This document shows positions 50,901 through 60,085 of a stretch of 64,000 nt of DNA, piece after piece. The notes beneath the pieces were generated by a model, which saw only the letters and a program-made list of their open reading frames with translations, made no database searches and was not told the origin of the DNA. The translations under genes were made by a program, and so were the position numbers. The DNA lies in assembly GCA_040756235.1 (NCBI GenBank), contig JBFLZG010000087.1, forward strand, positions 121,411-185,410, written 5' to 3'. This stretch comes from a bacterium (GTDB lineage: Bacteria > Desulfobacterota > DSWW01). Every line of letters starts with the position of its first letter. The stretch's first letter is position 1.

Positions 50901-50926
50901 TTCCCCATGTCCCGTACTCATTTCTC

Positions 50927-53371
50927 CTAGACTCTGTACTTGGCCAGAAGCCGCTTGGCTCCTACCACGGATACGAGCGCAGGCAGGACGGCGAGCGCTC
51001 CGATCATGTTGGCGACCAGCAGGAAGCACAACAGGATCGCCATGTCGGCCTGAAACTTGAAGCTCGAGAAAATAAAGAAGAAGATAGAAAGCACCAATGT
51101 CGAGGCGGTGAAAATGACCGCTTTTCCCGTCGACGTGATCGCCAGGTATTGCGCCTTTTCATAGTCGCCTTTGCTGAACTGATATTCCTCGGCCAGGCGG
51201 CTCAAAATGTAGATCCCGTAATCGACCCCGATTCCGACCCCCACCGAACAGATCGGCAGAGAGTTGATATTCATGTCGATGCCCAGCGCCAACATCAACA
51301 GGTCGCACAACACCTGGGACAGGAGCAGGGGAACAAACAGGACGATCGCTCCCAGCCAGGTTCGATAGGCCCACCAGCAGAAGGCAAAGGTCAGACTGAA
51401 GATGAGCAGCATGTTCATCCAGTAGGACCATTCGACCTCCTCATTCACCGACGCCAGAATGCCGATGATTCCCCCGGCCAGGCGGAATTTCATCTGCTCC
51501 AGAGGATGCTCCTCGATGTACTTCCTTGCCTGGGCAATCGCGTCGTGTATGATCTCGTTGTTGTAGTCTTTGAAGTACATCGTGATCGTAGCATTCGTAT
51601 ATTCAGGGGTGCTGATGAAACGATCCAGCTCGCCGGGGGCCATGCTCGATCCCAGGAGGTAGAAGACCTGGAAAAGGTGGTCTTTCTCTTCCGGCAGTAC
51701 CCCCCACCGGGGCTCCCCCTCATGAAACATCATGAAAAGTCTCTTGATGATGTCCGTGATGGTCACGGCACCGGCCACGCCCGTGATGCCATAAGAGTAA
51801 AGCGCAAAATCGTCCAACAGTTTCAACGACTCGGCCTCGGTCATCGCCCCGGGTTCGGCACCCTCGGCAATTACGACCATCTGACTGGATCCCAGGAAGT
51901 TCTGATTGATGAAATCTCCGGCGACGTTATACGGGTGATCCCCATACAGGATCGCTTGGCCCGCGCTCGTGTCGCCCACCTTCAGGTGGGTCCTGGAAAA
52001 GTATGCGCCTCCGAAGAGGAGAACCAGGGCCGTGACCGAGACCACCCACTTTCTTCTTCCCTGGGTCAGGGCAATGAGAACATGCCCGATGGCCAAGTAC
52101 ACCCTGTCCCCCGGGCGAGCCGTGATTCTTCTGACTTCCTCGGCCGCCGTCCCTGAATCCAGCTTGGCGAGCCCTGCCTTGTCGATGTGCTTGGCCCGCG
52201 GCGGCGGCAGCAGAGACACCAGCACGGGGTGAAGCACGATCGAGCTCACATAGATGGACAGCACCCAGAAGCATCCGTACATCGCCAGGTTGCGCATGAG
52301 AGGAATGGTCGCGACCGCTATGGTTAGAACTCCCAGACCGTCGCACAGAGTTCCCAAGATGCCCGGCTTATACAGGTAGCCGTAAGCAAATATGATCGCT
52401 TCCTTCTTCTCGCCGACCCGGGCGAACTCCTCGTGGTAGCGTTCCATCGACTGCACGGAGTGACTTAAGGCCCTGGCGGATAGCAGAAGGGGGATGACCA
52501 GGACGAGGGGATCGAGGTTGATCCCGAGCGTGGCAGCAAAGCCCAGCCCCCAAATGGCGCTGATGATCGCGGAAATCAAGGGGACGAAGATGCCCATGAC
52601 GCTGCGGAAATACCACCAGAGCAGGGCTGTCATGACGATGAGCGTCACAAGGAATATCTTGTAGAGCTGCGGCTTGTAGTGGGCGATCCACGCATAGAGC
52701 ATGGGGTATCCGGTGACGTAAATCTTGTGGTTGCCATCCTCCTCTGTCTGTTGGAGCTTCATGACCTCTTTGAAGAGATTGTTGAGATCGACTCCCTCTT
52801 CCCAGAACCCGGCCTGGATCAAGGTGGCTCTGTCATCAGGGGTGACATACAAGCCGCGAATCCCCTCGTTGCTATAGACCTTCTCCTTGAAACGCATGAG
52901 CTCATCGTCGGTTGCCGGTATCCTGGGCCATACCAGAGGCCTCGTGTCGACCCCGAATTCGCCCACGGTGATATTCTTGACCTTGGGGTGGGTGATCGAT
53001 ATCACCTGCAAAGGGTTGACGCCCTTGATCGCCAGGACACGCTTTGTGAGCCGGTCGACCTTCTTGAGCGTCTCGGGATTATAGATGTCCCCGTTCTTGA
53101 CCTCGATGCCCATGGTCATCACGTTTGCCGTGCCGAACATGGGACGGTACTGCTTGTAGAGTTGGATGTAGGGATGCTTGGGGGGGTAAAGTTGAAAGAA
53201 ATCCGTGGTGATTTTCAGCTGGAAGAGCTGCAGAATGAAGAATGCGGTGCCCAGAAGGATCCAGGACAGGTTGAGATAGGGATGTCCGACATGAAATGCG
53301 ACCAGCCGCAGCCAGATGGTCTTTTCCTTTTTGGCGATGCTTCTTACAGGCTGTTGTTCTGCTACGGCCAT
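50927..53371 (-). CDS. MMPL/RND-family transporter
   Basis: Duplicated RND topology; ARALSHSVQ..ERY, GIGVDYGIY. Confidence 0.92.
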   Translation of the reverse strand: MAVAEQQPVRSIAKKEKTIWLRLVAFHVGHPYLNLSWILLGTAFFILQLFQLKITTDFFQLYPPKHPYIQLYKQYRPMFGTANVMTMGIEVKNGDIYNPETLKKVDRLTKRVLAIKGVNPLQVISITHPKVKNITVGEFGVDTRPLVWPRIPATDDELMRFKEKVYSNEGIRGLYVTPDDRATLIQAGFWEEGVDLNNLFKEVMKLQQTEEDGNHKIYVTGYPMLYAWIAHYKPQLYKIFLVTLIVMTALLWWYFRSVMGIFVPLISAIISAIWGLGFAATLGINLDPLVLVIPLLLSARALSHSVQSMERYHEEFARVGEKKEAIIFAYGYLYKPGILGTLCDGLGVLTIAVATIPLMRNLAMYGCFWVLSIYVSSIVLHPVLVSLLPPPRAKHIDKAGLAKLDSGTAAEEVRRITARPGDRVYLAIGHVLIALTQGRRKWVVSVTALVLLFGGAYFSRTHLKVGDTSAGQAILYGDHPYNVAGDFINQNFLGSSQMVVIAEGAEPGAMTEAESLKLLDDFALYSYGITGVAGAVTITDIIKRLFMMFHEGEPRWGVLPEEKDHLFQVFYLLGSSMAPGELDRFISTPEYTNATITMYFKDYNNEIIHDAIAQARKYIEEHPLEQMKFRLAGGIIGILASVNEEVEWSYWMNMLLIFSLTFAFCWWAYRTWLGAIVLFVPLLLSQVLCDLLMLALGIDMNINSLPICSVGVGIGVDYGIYILSRLAEEYQFSKGDYEKAQYLAITSTGKAVIFTASTLVLSIFFFIFSSFKFQADMAILLCFLLVANMIGALAVLPALVSVVGAKRLLAKYRV

Positions 53372-53444
53372 ATTCCGTGCCTTGTCCGTCCGGAACGGGT
53401 GAAGGGCGGTCATCTGAAGATACCGGCTCGCCGGGAGTGTTTCA

Positions 53445-53453
53445 ACATGAAAC
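53445..53453. other. Right half of the palindrome GTTTCA-N3-TGAAAC (whole site 53439-53453; second copy 59681-59695)
   Basis: GTTTCAACATGAAAC and GTTTCAACCTGAAAC at equivalent positions of two homologous leaders. Confidence 0.5.
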
Positions 53454-53623
53454 CCAAACGGATCAAAGTGAGATCGCGAGGAGAGGCCGCGGACAGCAGA
53501 GGTTCGCCCCCTCGACGCAGCTCCCCCGGCAGAGCTGCAGCCATCGAATCATGTCCTCTCTGCTGATTCTGGCTATGCATCACGCACTTCTTCCCTTTAC
53601 CGAACTGCGCTGTCTGTTCCGTG

Positions 53624-53639
53624 TGCAATCCCCATTCCA
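53624..53639 (-). promoter_or_regulatory. sigma54 -24/-12 promoter for MMPL-YCF48
   Basis: Minus strand TGGAATG-GGGA-TTGCA (GG-N10-GC), about 253 nt before the ATG. Confidence 0.7.
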
Positions 53640-53725
53640 TGAGGCGACACGGCCTCATCTGGCCTGCATCTCATGAATCGATTCCTCGACCGGGAGGCGC
53701 ATTCGCCGTCCAACAGAATCTGGGG

Positions 53726-53741
53726 AGGCATAGATGTTGAA
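53726..53741 (+). promoter_or_regulatory. Degenerate sigma54-like promoter facing the Mo oxidoreductase
   Basis: AGGCATA-GATG-TTGAA; homologous to 59976-59991 but -12 GC is GA. Confidence 0.4.
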
Positions 53742-53755
53742 ATCTGACTACGGGG

Positions 53756-53980
53756 TAGTTAGAGCCTGTCCCAACAGGCTCGATTTCAGAGGCTGTTCAA
53801 AAATGCCCAGATGCAAGGCGCACGAAGTCCTGAGGAACGAGGCGTACATGGAAGTACGCCGCAGTGACCCCGGCCTTCGCCGGGGCAGGCTCCCCCGCCT
53901 CCATGCCGCGCCATGAGTGCAACGCCGCAGATGAGCGTTTTGGGACAGCCTCTAGTTAGAGCCTGTCCCAACAGCCTCTA
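53756..53980. mobile_element. Family A MITE-like element, non-autonomous
   Basis: Inverted ends TAGAGCCTGTCCCAA / TTGGGACAGCCTCTA; 22-bp direct repeat TAGTTAGAGCCTGTCCCAACAG at 53756 and 53953. Confidence 0.7.
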
Positions 53981-54004
53981 CCTGGGACCCACGGGAGACC
54001 GCAG

Positions 54005-56224
54005 ATGAGCACGATCGACAAGGCCGGCCGTAGCGAGCACGTGACCTTCTGCCGGATCTGCGAGGCGATGTGCGGCGCCATCGCCATCGTCGAGGACGGC
54101 CGCATCGTGGACGTGCGCGCCGACAACGACAACCCGCATTCGAAGGGCTTCATGTGCACCAAGGGCAAGGCCATGGTGGACGTGGTGTACGACTCCGACC
54201 GGGTGCTCGCCCCGCTCAAGCGGGTCGGCGGACCGGGTGAGTTCGAGCCGTGCTCGTGGGACGAGGCGCTCGACGACATTGCGCGGCGGCTCAAGGCCAT
54301 CGTGAACGAGCACGGCGGCAACTCCTTCGCCGCCTACGTCGGCAACCCGACCGGGTTCAGTACCGCGGGCCCGGCCGCGCTGATCGGGTTGTGCCGTGCG
54401 ATCGGCGGGGCGATCAGCTACGGTGTGAACGGAGAGGACCACGGCGCTGACGTTGCCGCGCTGGCGCTGCAGTACGGCTCGAGTGGACTGTTGGCCCGGC
54501 CCGATGTGTGGCGCACCGACTTCCTGTTGATGTCCGGGGCCAACCCGTGGGTGTCAAAGGGTTCGACGATCAGCGAACCGCAGATCCGTAAGGCGATGCG
54601 CGGGATCGTCGAGCGTGGCGGGCGGGTGGTCGTGGTGGACCCGCGGCGAACCGAGACCGCGCGGCACTTCGAGCACGTCGCGATTCGGCCGGGTACCGAT
54701 GCGTGGCTGCTGCTCGGGATGCTGCGGGTGATGGTGAACGAGGGCCGGGTCGACAGTTCCTTCGTCCGCGCGCACGTGTCCGGCTACGACCGTTTCGTGG
54801 CCGTGGTGCGCAGGGTGGAGCTCGCGGCGTGCGCGAGCCGCTGCGGTGTCCCAGCGGAGAGCATTGCAGACATCGCCCGCGGCTTCGCCGGGACCCGCTC
54901 GGCGGCCGCCTACTGCCGCATCGGGGCCAGTACGCAGCGCTTCGGCACGCTCAACAACATGCTGATCAACGCGCTGAACATTGTCACCGGCAACGTGAAC
55001 AAGCCAGGCGGGTCGATGTTCGGCTGGGGCGCGATCGACTTCCCCAAGCTCGCCAAGGCCGGCGGCGTGGACGCGTACGCACCGGCCCGGAACCGCAGCG
55101 GCCTACCACAGACACTCGGCACGTACCCGACCCAGAGCCTGTGGCGGGACATCACCGAGCCTGGCCCGGACCGGATCCGCGCGATGTGCACCTACTCGGG
55201 CAACCCGGTGCTGTGCAGTGGGGCGGGCGGTGCGCGGTTGCAAAGCGCCCTCGAACAACTGGATCTGCACTTCTCGTTGGACTTCTATGTCAATGAGACC
55301 AATAAGCACGCGCACTACATCCTGCCCTCGCCCACCTTCTACGAGCGCCAGGACATTGCCGTGCTCGGGATGGCCCTAGCGGTCCGGCCCACCATCTACG
55401 CCACTGACAAGGTAATCGAGCCGCGGGGAGAGTCCCGAGACGAATGGCGGGTGTTCAACGAGATCGGCAAGCGGATGGGTCTAGGCGGGGCGTACTCGAT
55501 ACCGCTGTTGCGCTGGTTGGCGCGGCGCGGCTTCAACCTCAACCCGATCAAGCTGTACGACGCGGCGATTCGTACCAGCCCGGTCGGTGATCTGTTTGGG
55601 CTGCGCCGGCGGGGCTGGTCGCTGAAGAAGTTGCGCCACCACCCGCATGGCGTCGCGCTCGCCGAGCACCTGCCGGCTCAGAAGTTGGAGGAGTTACTGG
55701 CTACACCCGACAAGAAGATCCACCTCGGCACCGAGGAGTTCGTCTCGGAGGCCTTCCGGCTGCTCGCCCACACCGAGGACTACGAGGCCTACCCGCTGCG
55801 GGCGATCGGGTTGCGCGAGAGCCGCTCGCAAAACTCCTGGATGCACAACTCGCCGCGGCTGATGCCCGATTCGAGGCGGCCGACGGTACGGGTTCATCCG
55901 GAGGACGCCCGCGCGGCAGGTGTGAGCGGCGACGGCGATCTAATTGAAATCGAGTCGGCCAGCGGGCGGATCACGATGGGCGTGACGCTCACCGAGGACA
56001 TGTCCCGGGGAACGGTGGCAGTCCCGCATGGGTGGGGACATCACGGCGGGTGGAGACGAGCCAATGCCGCCGGCGGCGCCAACTTCAACGACCTCGTCTC
56101 CGTGGAGGAGGGTGACATCGAGCGGCTTGCCGGCATGTCCATCCTGTCCGGCATCCCGGTCCGCATCCGGCCGGCGGGCTGCACGCAGGCGCCTGCTGAT
56201 CGGGTTCCGGTCGCGGGGTCGTGA
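54005..56224 (+). CDS. Molybdopterin-dependent oxidoreductase (DMSO reductase superfamily), single catalytic subunit
   Basis: CRICEAMCG..CTKG 4Fe-4S motif, GANP, VDPRRTETA, NET..HA.YILP, C-terminal NSWMHN and PHGWGH; no TAT signal. Confidence 0.9.
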   Translation: MSTIDKAGRSEHVTFCRICEAMCGAIAIVEDGRIVDVRADNDNPHSKGFMCTKGKAMVDVVYDSDRVLAPLKRVGGPGEFEPCSWDEALDDIARRLKAIVNEHGGNSFAAYVGNPTGFSTAGPAALIGLCRAIGGAISYGVNGEDHGADVAALALQYGSSGLLARPDVWRTDFLLMSGANPWVSKGSTISEPQIRKAMRGIVERGGRVVVVDPRRTETARHFEHVAIRPGTDAWLLLGMLRVMVNEGRVDSSFVRAHVSGYDRFVAVVRRVELAACASRCGVPAESIADIARGFAGTRSAAAYCRIGASTQRFGTLNNMLINALNIVTGNVNKPGGSMFGWGAIDFPKLAKAGGVDAYAPARNRSGLPQTLGTYPTQSLWRDITEPGPDRIRAMCTYSGNPVLCSGAGGARLQSALEQLDLHFSLDFYVNETNKHAHYILPSPTFYERQDIAVLGMALAVRPTIYATDKVIEPRGESRDEWRVFNEIGKRMGLGGAYSIPLLRWLARRGFNLNPIKLYDAAIRTSPVGDLFGLRRRGWSLKKLRHHPHGVALAEHLPAQKLEELLATPDKKIHLGTEEFVSEAFRLLAHTEDYEAYPLRAIGLRESRSQNSWMHNSPRLMPDSRRPTVRVHPEDARAAGVSGDGDLIEIESASGRITMGVTLTEDMSRGTVAVPHGWGHHGGWRRANAAGGANFNDLVSVEEGDIERLAGMSILSGIPVRIRPAGCTQAPADRVPVAGS

Positions 56225-56285
56225 GTCGCTGGCCCTGCTCATTACCCACAAGTCAATCCGAACGGTCACGGGCCGTTGACTCTGT

Positions 56286-56389
56286 CCGTCATCCCGGCCC
56301 TGCTGCGCAGCGCGTGCGAGCCGGGATCCAGAGTCTGCATCAAGAAACGGGGAGCAGGGACTGGACCCCGGCCTGCGCCGGGGTGACGG
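56286..56389. repeat. CGTC-type REP doublet between convergent genes
   Basis: CCGTCATCCCGGC...GCCGGGATCCAG ... CTGGACCCCGGCCTGCGCCGGGGTGACGG. Confidence 0.7.
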
Positions 56390-56566
56390 AAATGGGGGCA
56401 CCGCGGCTCTCCTGTCGCCCGCTCCCCGGCTCCTCCGGAATGACGGTTGCGAGCCGGATTTCGCAGTGCGCCCCTGAAATGGGCCGACTTGTGGGTAAAG
56501 GGTAGCGCTAGCCTGCGAAAGGCTGCATCCAGGCTCGTGCTTCAACATGCCAAAGAATCGACTCTC

Positions 56567-57886
56567 TCACTTCGTCTTCTGCAGGAGTTGTGACTCCGTA
56601 TAAAGATCCGGTCCGAGCTGTTCCAGGGGCAGGTTGACTTGCCACTGGCGCGCCGGGGATACAGTGAGCTCGCAAAACGTGCAGTGAGAGGTCTTGCTGT
56701 CGATGCCGAAGTAGCAGTCCTGATTCCCTATGGTATCCAGACCGTTCTGGGTTTGCTGCCAGCTCTGGGTGGTGAACACGAGCTTCCAGTAGTCCCCGGA
56801 GCGGTCGGAGATCTCCTTGTACCACAGGGCGTAGGCCCCCTTGTCCACATAGAAGAGCTGCCTGCCGTAGTTGTAGTAGGGGTCCTTGGGATTGCCCTCC
56901 ACGACCCAGGCTTCGAGAGGATGCCAGGCCATATTCGTGGGGGCCCAGGAGGCCCCTTTCCACCCGGGCACCCTATAGCCAAGGTTCAGCTCCGGTAACT
57001 TCATGGTGATGGTCCCGTTTTCGTCCTGGGTCACGGTGGACTTCTTGGCCGAGGTGAAGGGAGTCAGGATGGTGGTTTCCCCCACGAGCTTCCACGCAAA
57101 GCTCGCGTTCTTCCCGGACCAGCAGTTGGTGTCGTCAGCGGAGAGGTCGCTCCCCATGAAGGGATTGGACCGCGCGGCCGGTGAGGTGCGACGAACCCTC
57201 CTCAGCATGGGCACATAGGCATACATCTCGCTTTCCTTGTCACTGTTGTATATAGAGATCATCTGCACCACGCCGCGCAGCTCGAACGGCTGAATGACAA
57301 AGTTCATCTGCTGCTCTAGATAATTGCGCGGATTCGGAATTTGTCCGCGCGAGCGGCCCTGGTAATAGAGGAAGTCGCCTCCGAAGACAGCATCCCTTTC
57401 TTTCCCTCCCTTGCCTATCCAACTGCACTTGCCCACCAGTCTGGTGGAGCCCTGGCGATAGCGCACGTAATTGACATTCTCCATGACCATCGCGCCGGCC
57501 TTGGGATTCTTGGGATCGATGGTTGGAAAGGGGTAACCAAAAACAAAGTCCGGACGACCCTTACCCTCCTTGTACGCCAGGTACCCTTCATCGTCCAGGT
57601 CGAACTTCCCCTCATTCTCCTTGGACGCTCTTAGGAACTCCTGATCCGTGATCTTCCATTCGAACTCCAGGTCCACGGGCGTGATGATGAACTCCCCGGC
57701 CTTGACATAGTCGATGAGGTGCGGCGGCCCGTACCCCTGGAGCTCCTCCCAGTTGGTCGCGTCGTAGGTTTTCCCAATGGTGAGAGCGCTTGCGTTCATG
57801 GCCGCCAGTAGTATCCCCAGGCTCGCAAGAGCCAGTCCGATCCGGAGTGACCACTTCCCTCGACCTATCTTTATGGAATCCCTCAT
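56567..57886 (-). CDS. DUF1329-family exported protein
   Basis: Signal peptide; GYPFP.IDP..P.AG, YVPMLRRVRR, FMGSD...DD; adjacent to DUF1302. Confidence 0.85.
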   Translation of the reverse strand: MRDSIKIGRGKWSLRIGLALASLGILLAAMNASALTIGKTYDATNWEELQGYGPPHLIDYVKAGEFIITPVDLEFEWKITDQEFLRASKENEGKFDLDDEGYLAYKEGKGRPDFVFGYPFPTIDPKNPKAGAMVMENVNYVRYRQGSTRLVGKCSWIGKGGKERDAVFGGDFLYYQGRSRGQIPNPRNYLEQQMNFVIQPFELRGVVQMISIYNSDKESEMYAYVPMLRRVRRTSPAARSNPFMGSDLSADDTNCWSGKNASFAWKLVGETTILTPFTSAKKSTVTQDENGTITMKLPELNLGYRVPGWKGASWAPTNMAWHPLEAWVVEGNPKDPYYNYGRQLFYVDKGAYALWYKEISDRSGDYWKLVFTTQSWQQTQNGLDTIGNQDCYFGIDSKTSHCTFCELTVSPARQWQVNLPLEQLGPDLYTESQLLQKTK

Positions 57887-57957
57887 CGTGCTCTCCCTCC
57901 TTGTTCGGTATGTCTGGGCCCTTCTTGGCGTGAACCGCCTCGGAGGCGTTCTTCGTC

Positions 57958-59613
57958 TTACCACTGGAATCCGATCTTGGTGGTGACCTCTCCTGCGGTG
58001 CTGACAAATGGCGCAAACTCGCTCTGGGTGTCGTTGGTTTGCCAGTCTTCCTTGCCCCAGAACGACTGCATGGAAGCCTTCGCATACCAGTGCTCGGTGA
58101 TGGTCCAGCCGACATTTGCCTGGACCATGGCATCCATCTGCGTGTCGACGAGAGCAAAGATCATGGGATTGATCCTGCCGTGCCACCAGTACCAGTTCAC
58201 CAGCAAGGAGAAATAGTCCGTATTCCTCTTGGTAAGATGGCTGTCCTCGAGCTTGTCTTCCCAGTCGCAAATTTGCTTGTGAATCCACTGGATCCCGACA
58301 TTCACCTGGCTGGCCGAGAACCATCTCATCCAGATGTCCTTGTCGATTCCCAGCATCCACATCTGGACCGGCTTCAACGTGTAGCCGCGGATGGTCCAGT
58401 CCTCCATGGGGGGCCCGGAAGGCACATAGGGAGGGCCCAAAGTCGCTTCGAGACCGGTGACCGGCAGAAAGATCGGGACGTCCTCGGTCCTTCCGAACTC
58501 ACCCTTGAGAATGAGATCGAACGGCGGCGGGATGAACCAATTGAAGCTCCCGCCATAGGTACGGGTCCAGGGATGGACCAGCTTCACCTTCGTAGGCACG
58601 GGGAAGGGAACCGTAATGCCGAGAGCGGGGATCAGCTCGAAATTCTGGAAATCGGCGAAAGCGAACCCGGGCAGGTCGCTGATGCCCTCGAAGTAAGAAC
58701 CGGAAACGCTGAGGTTGTTGCCGATGTTGAAAGTGGCTCTACCCCCCCACTCCGTATCGTTGGTCGGGACATCTTCGCGTATGTCTATCCCAAGTGTGTC
58801 AAAGAGCACGGGGATGGTCAGCCCTTGGTCAACGAGGTTCCCCAGACCCAACTCCCTGAGAAAGAGCGAAGGCGGACCAAAGAACTCACGGAAAGGATGG
58901 ATCGCGATGTAGGGGGCCTCGAAATCGCCGTCCAAAACGGACCACTGCTGAGGACGTATGTCCGGGATCGCCAGGAATTCAAAGGTCGGCCTGATGAAAC
59001 CCACCGGGGGCGGGCTGTAGTTCACCCGTCCCATCCAGAGCGGGATTTTGAGATCGTCAGGATTCAGAAAGAACATCTGGAAGCTGTTGTCGGGAGGGTT
59101 GATGTTGTCGGTAATGGTGAGGCCTGCGGTCTCGCCCCAGGAGACGAGTTGCCGGCCCAATCGAAGGAACCCGGTCCCGCCTTCTCCCTGGTAGACGAAA
59201 TCGACCGTTGCTTCTCTCAGATCGTATTCGTATTCGATGTCATACAGACCGTAGTCAAACCTCGAGGGGCTCTCCTTCCTGATATTCTTGTACTCGTCGT
59301 AACGTATGTTGAAGATCGTGTCGTAAGCCCCCCGGAATGTGAGGTGGGCTTTGTCGAGGGAGAAGTCTCCAAGCTTGTACCCCAAATACCCGTCTATATC
59401 GAACTTCAGGGTATTTCTTTGCTGGATGACCGCAAGGTCGTCCAGGAAGCCGTCCTGAAAACCGCTCTCGTCTCTCACGATGACGTTGGACTCGAGGAAT
59501 CCGTGGAATTCATAATCGAATGCAGCCGCTTCACACGAGATCATTGCAGGGACGGCCGCCACGGCCCACGCAACCAGCCTTCGAATCCTCCTGGACGGTT
59601 TCATCCGTTTCAT
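57958..59613 (-). CDS. DUF1302-family outer-membrane protein
   Basis: Signal peptide; LREA.VD, RLGRQ.VSWGE, D.INP.D, IPLWM; terminal aromatic W. Confidence 0.8.
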   Translation of the reverse strand: MKRMKPSRRIRRLVAWAVAAVPAMISCEAAAFDYEFHGFLESNVIVRDESGFQDGFLDDLAVIQQRNTLKFDIDGYLGYKLGDFSLDKAHLTFRGAYDTIFNIRYDEYKNIRKESPSRFDYGLYDIEYEYDLREATVDFVYQGEGGTGFLRLGRQLVSWGETAGLTITDNINPPDNSFQMFFLNPDDLKIPLWMGRVNYSPPPVGFIRPTFEFLAIPDIRPQQWSVLDGDFEAPYIAIHPFREFFGPPSLFLRELGLGNLVDQGLTIPVLFDTLGIDIREDVPTNDTEWGGRATFNIGNNLSVSGSYFEGISDLPGFAFADFQNFELIPALGITVPFPVPTKVKLVHPWTRTYGGSFNWFIPPPFDLILKGEFGRTEDVPIFLPVTGLEATLGPPYVPSGPPMEDWTIRGYTLKPVQMWMLGIDKDIWMRWFSASQVNVGIQWIHKQICDWEDKLEDSHLTKRNTDYFSLLVNWYWWHGRINPMIFALVDTQMDAMVQANVGWTITEHWYAKASMQSFWGKEDWQTNDTQSEFAPFVSTAGEVTTKIGFQW

Positions 59614-59867
59614 GTCTCCCCCCTTTGACCGTTAAGTGCATCCGTGGCGGGGCATCCGAGGATACCGGCTCGCCATGAGTGTTTCAACCTGAAACCCAAA
59701 GGGATCAAAGTGCGATGGCGAAGGGGGGGCGTGCGCAGCAGAGGTGCTCCCCCCTCCGTCGCCATTCGCCTGCAGAGACAGCCGTTCGAATCGTTTTCTC
59801 TCTGGCGGTTCCGAAGTCCTGCATGCAGTTCTTCTTCCTTTGACCGAGCTGCGATTTCCAGTGCATG

Positions 59868-59883
59868 TGCAATACCCGTTCCA
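59868..59883 (-). promoter_or_regulatory. sigma54 -24/-12 promoter for DUF1302-DUF1329
   Basis: Minus strand TGGAACG-GGTA-TTGCA, about 255 nt before the ATG. Confidence 0.75.
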
Positions 59884-59975
59884 CCAACCGACACATCCTT
59901 AAATCTGCAGTACAGGATTCTGCGACTCGCCCTTTTACTAACAGGTGAGATCGCTCATCCTGCGGATCCGATGGA

Positions 59976-59991
59976 AGGCACGGATGTTGCT
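59976..59991 (+). promoter_or_regulatory. sigma54 -24/-12 promoter for the membrane protein / CoxIII-like / CoxIV-like genes
   Basis: AGGCACG-GATG-TTGCT, about 95 nt before ATG 60086. Confidence 0.75.
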
Positions 59992-60085
59992 GTCGGTTGA
60001 GGGGGAACAGGGCGCCGCACAGGGCGCGACTCCGATTTCCCGTGGTTCCAGGCGATGATCCGATTCCGTTTGGAGGGAGGGTTCG

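Noticed and set aside
53410..53658. Leader peptides in the duplicated leaders (this ORF and 59610-59894)
   Set aside because: Shared TLI.LGF.LKHS residues follow from DNA-level identity; starts, stops and upstream frames are not conserved.
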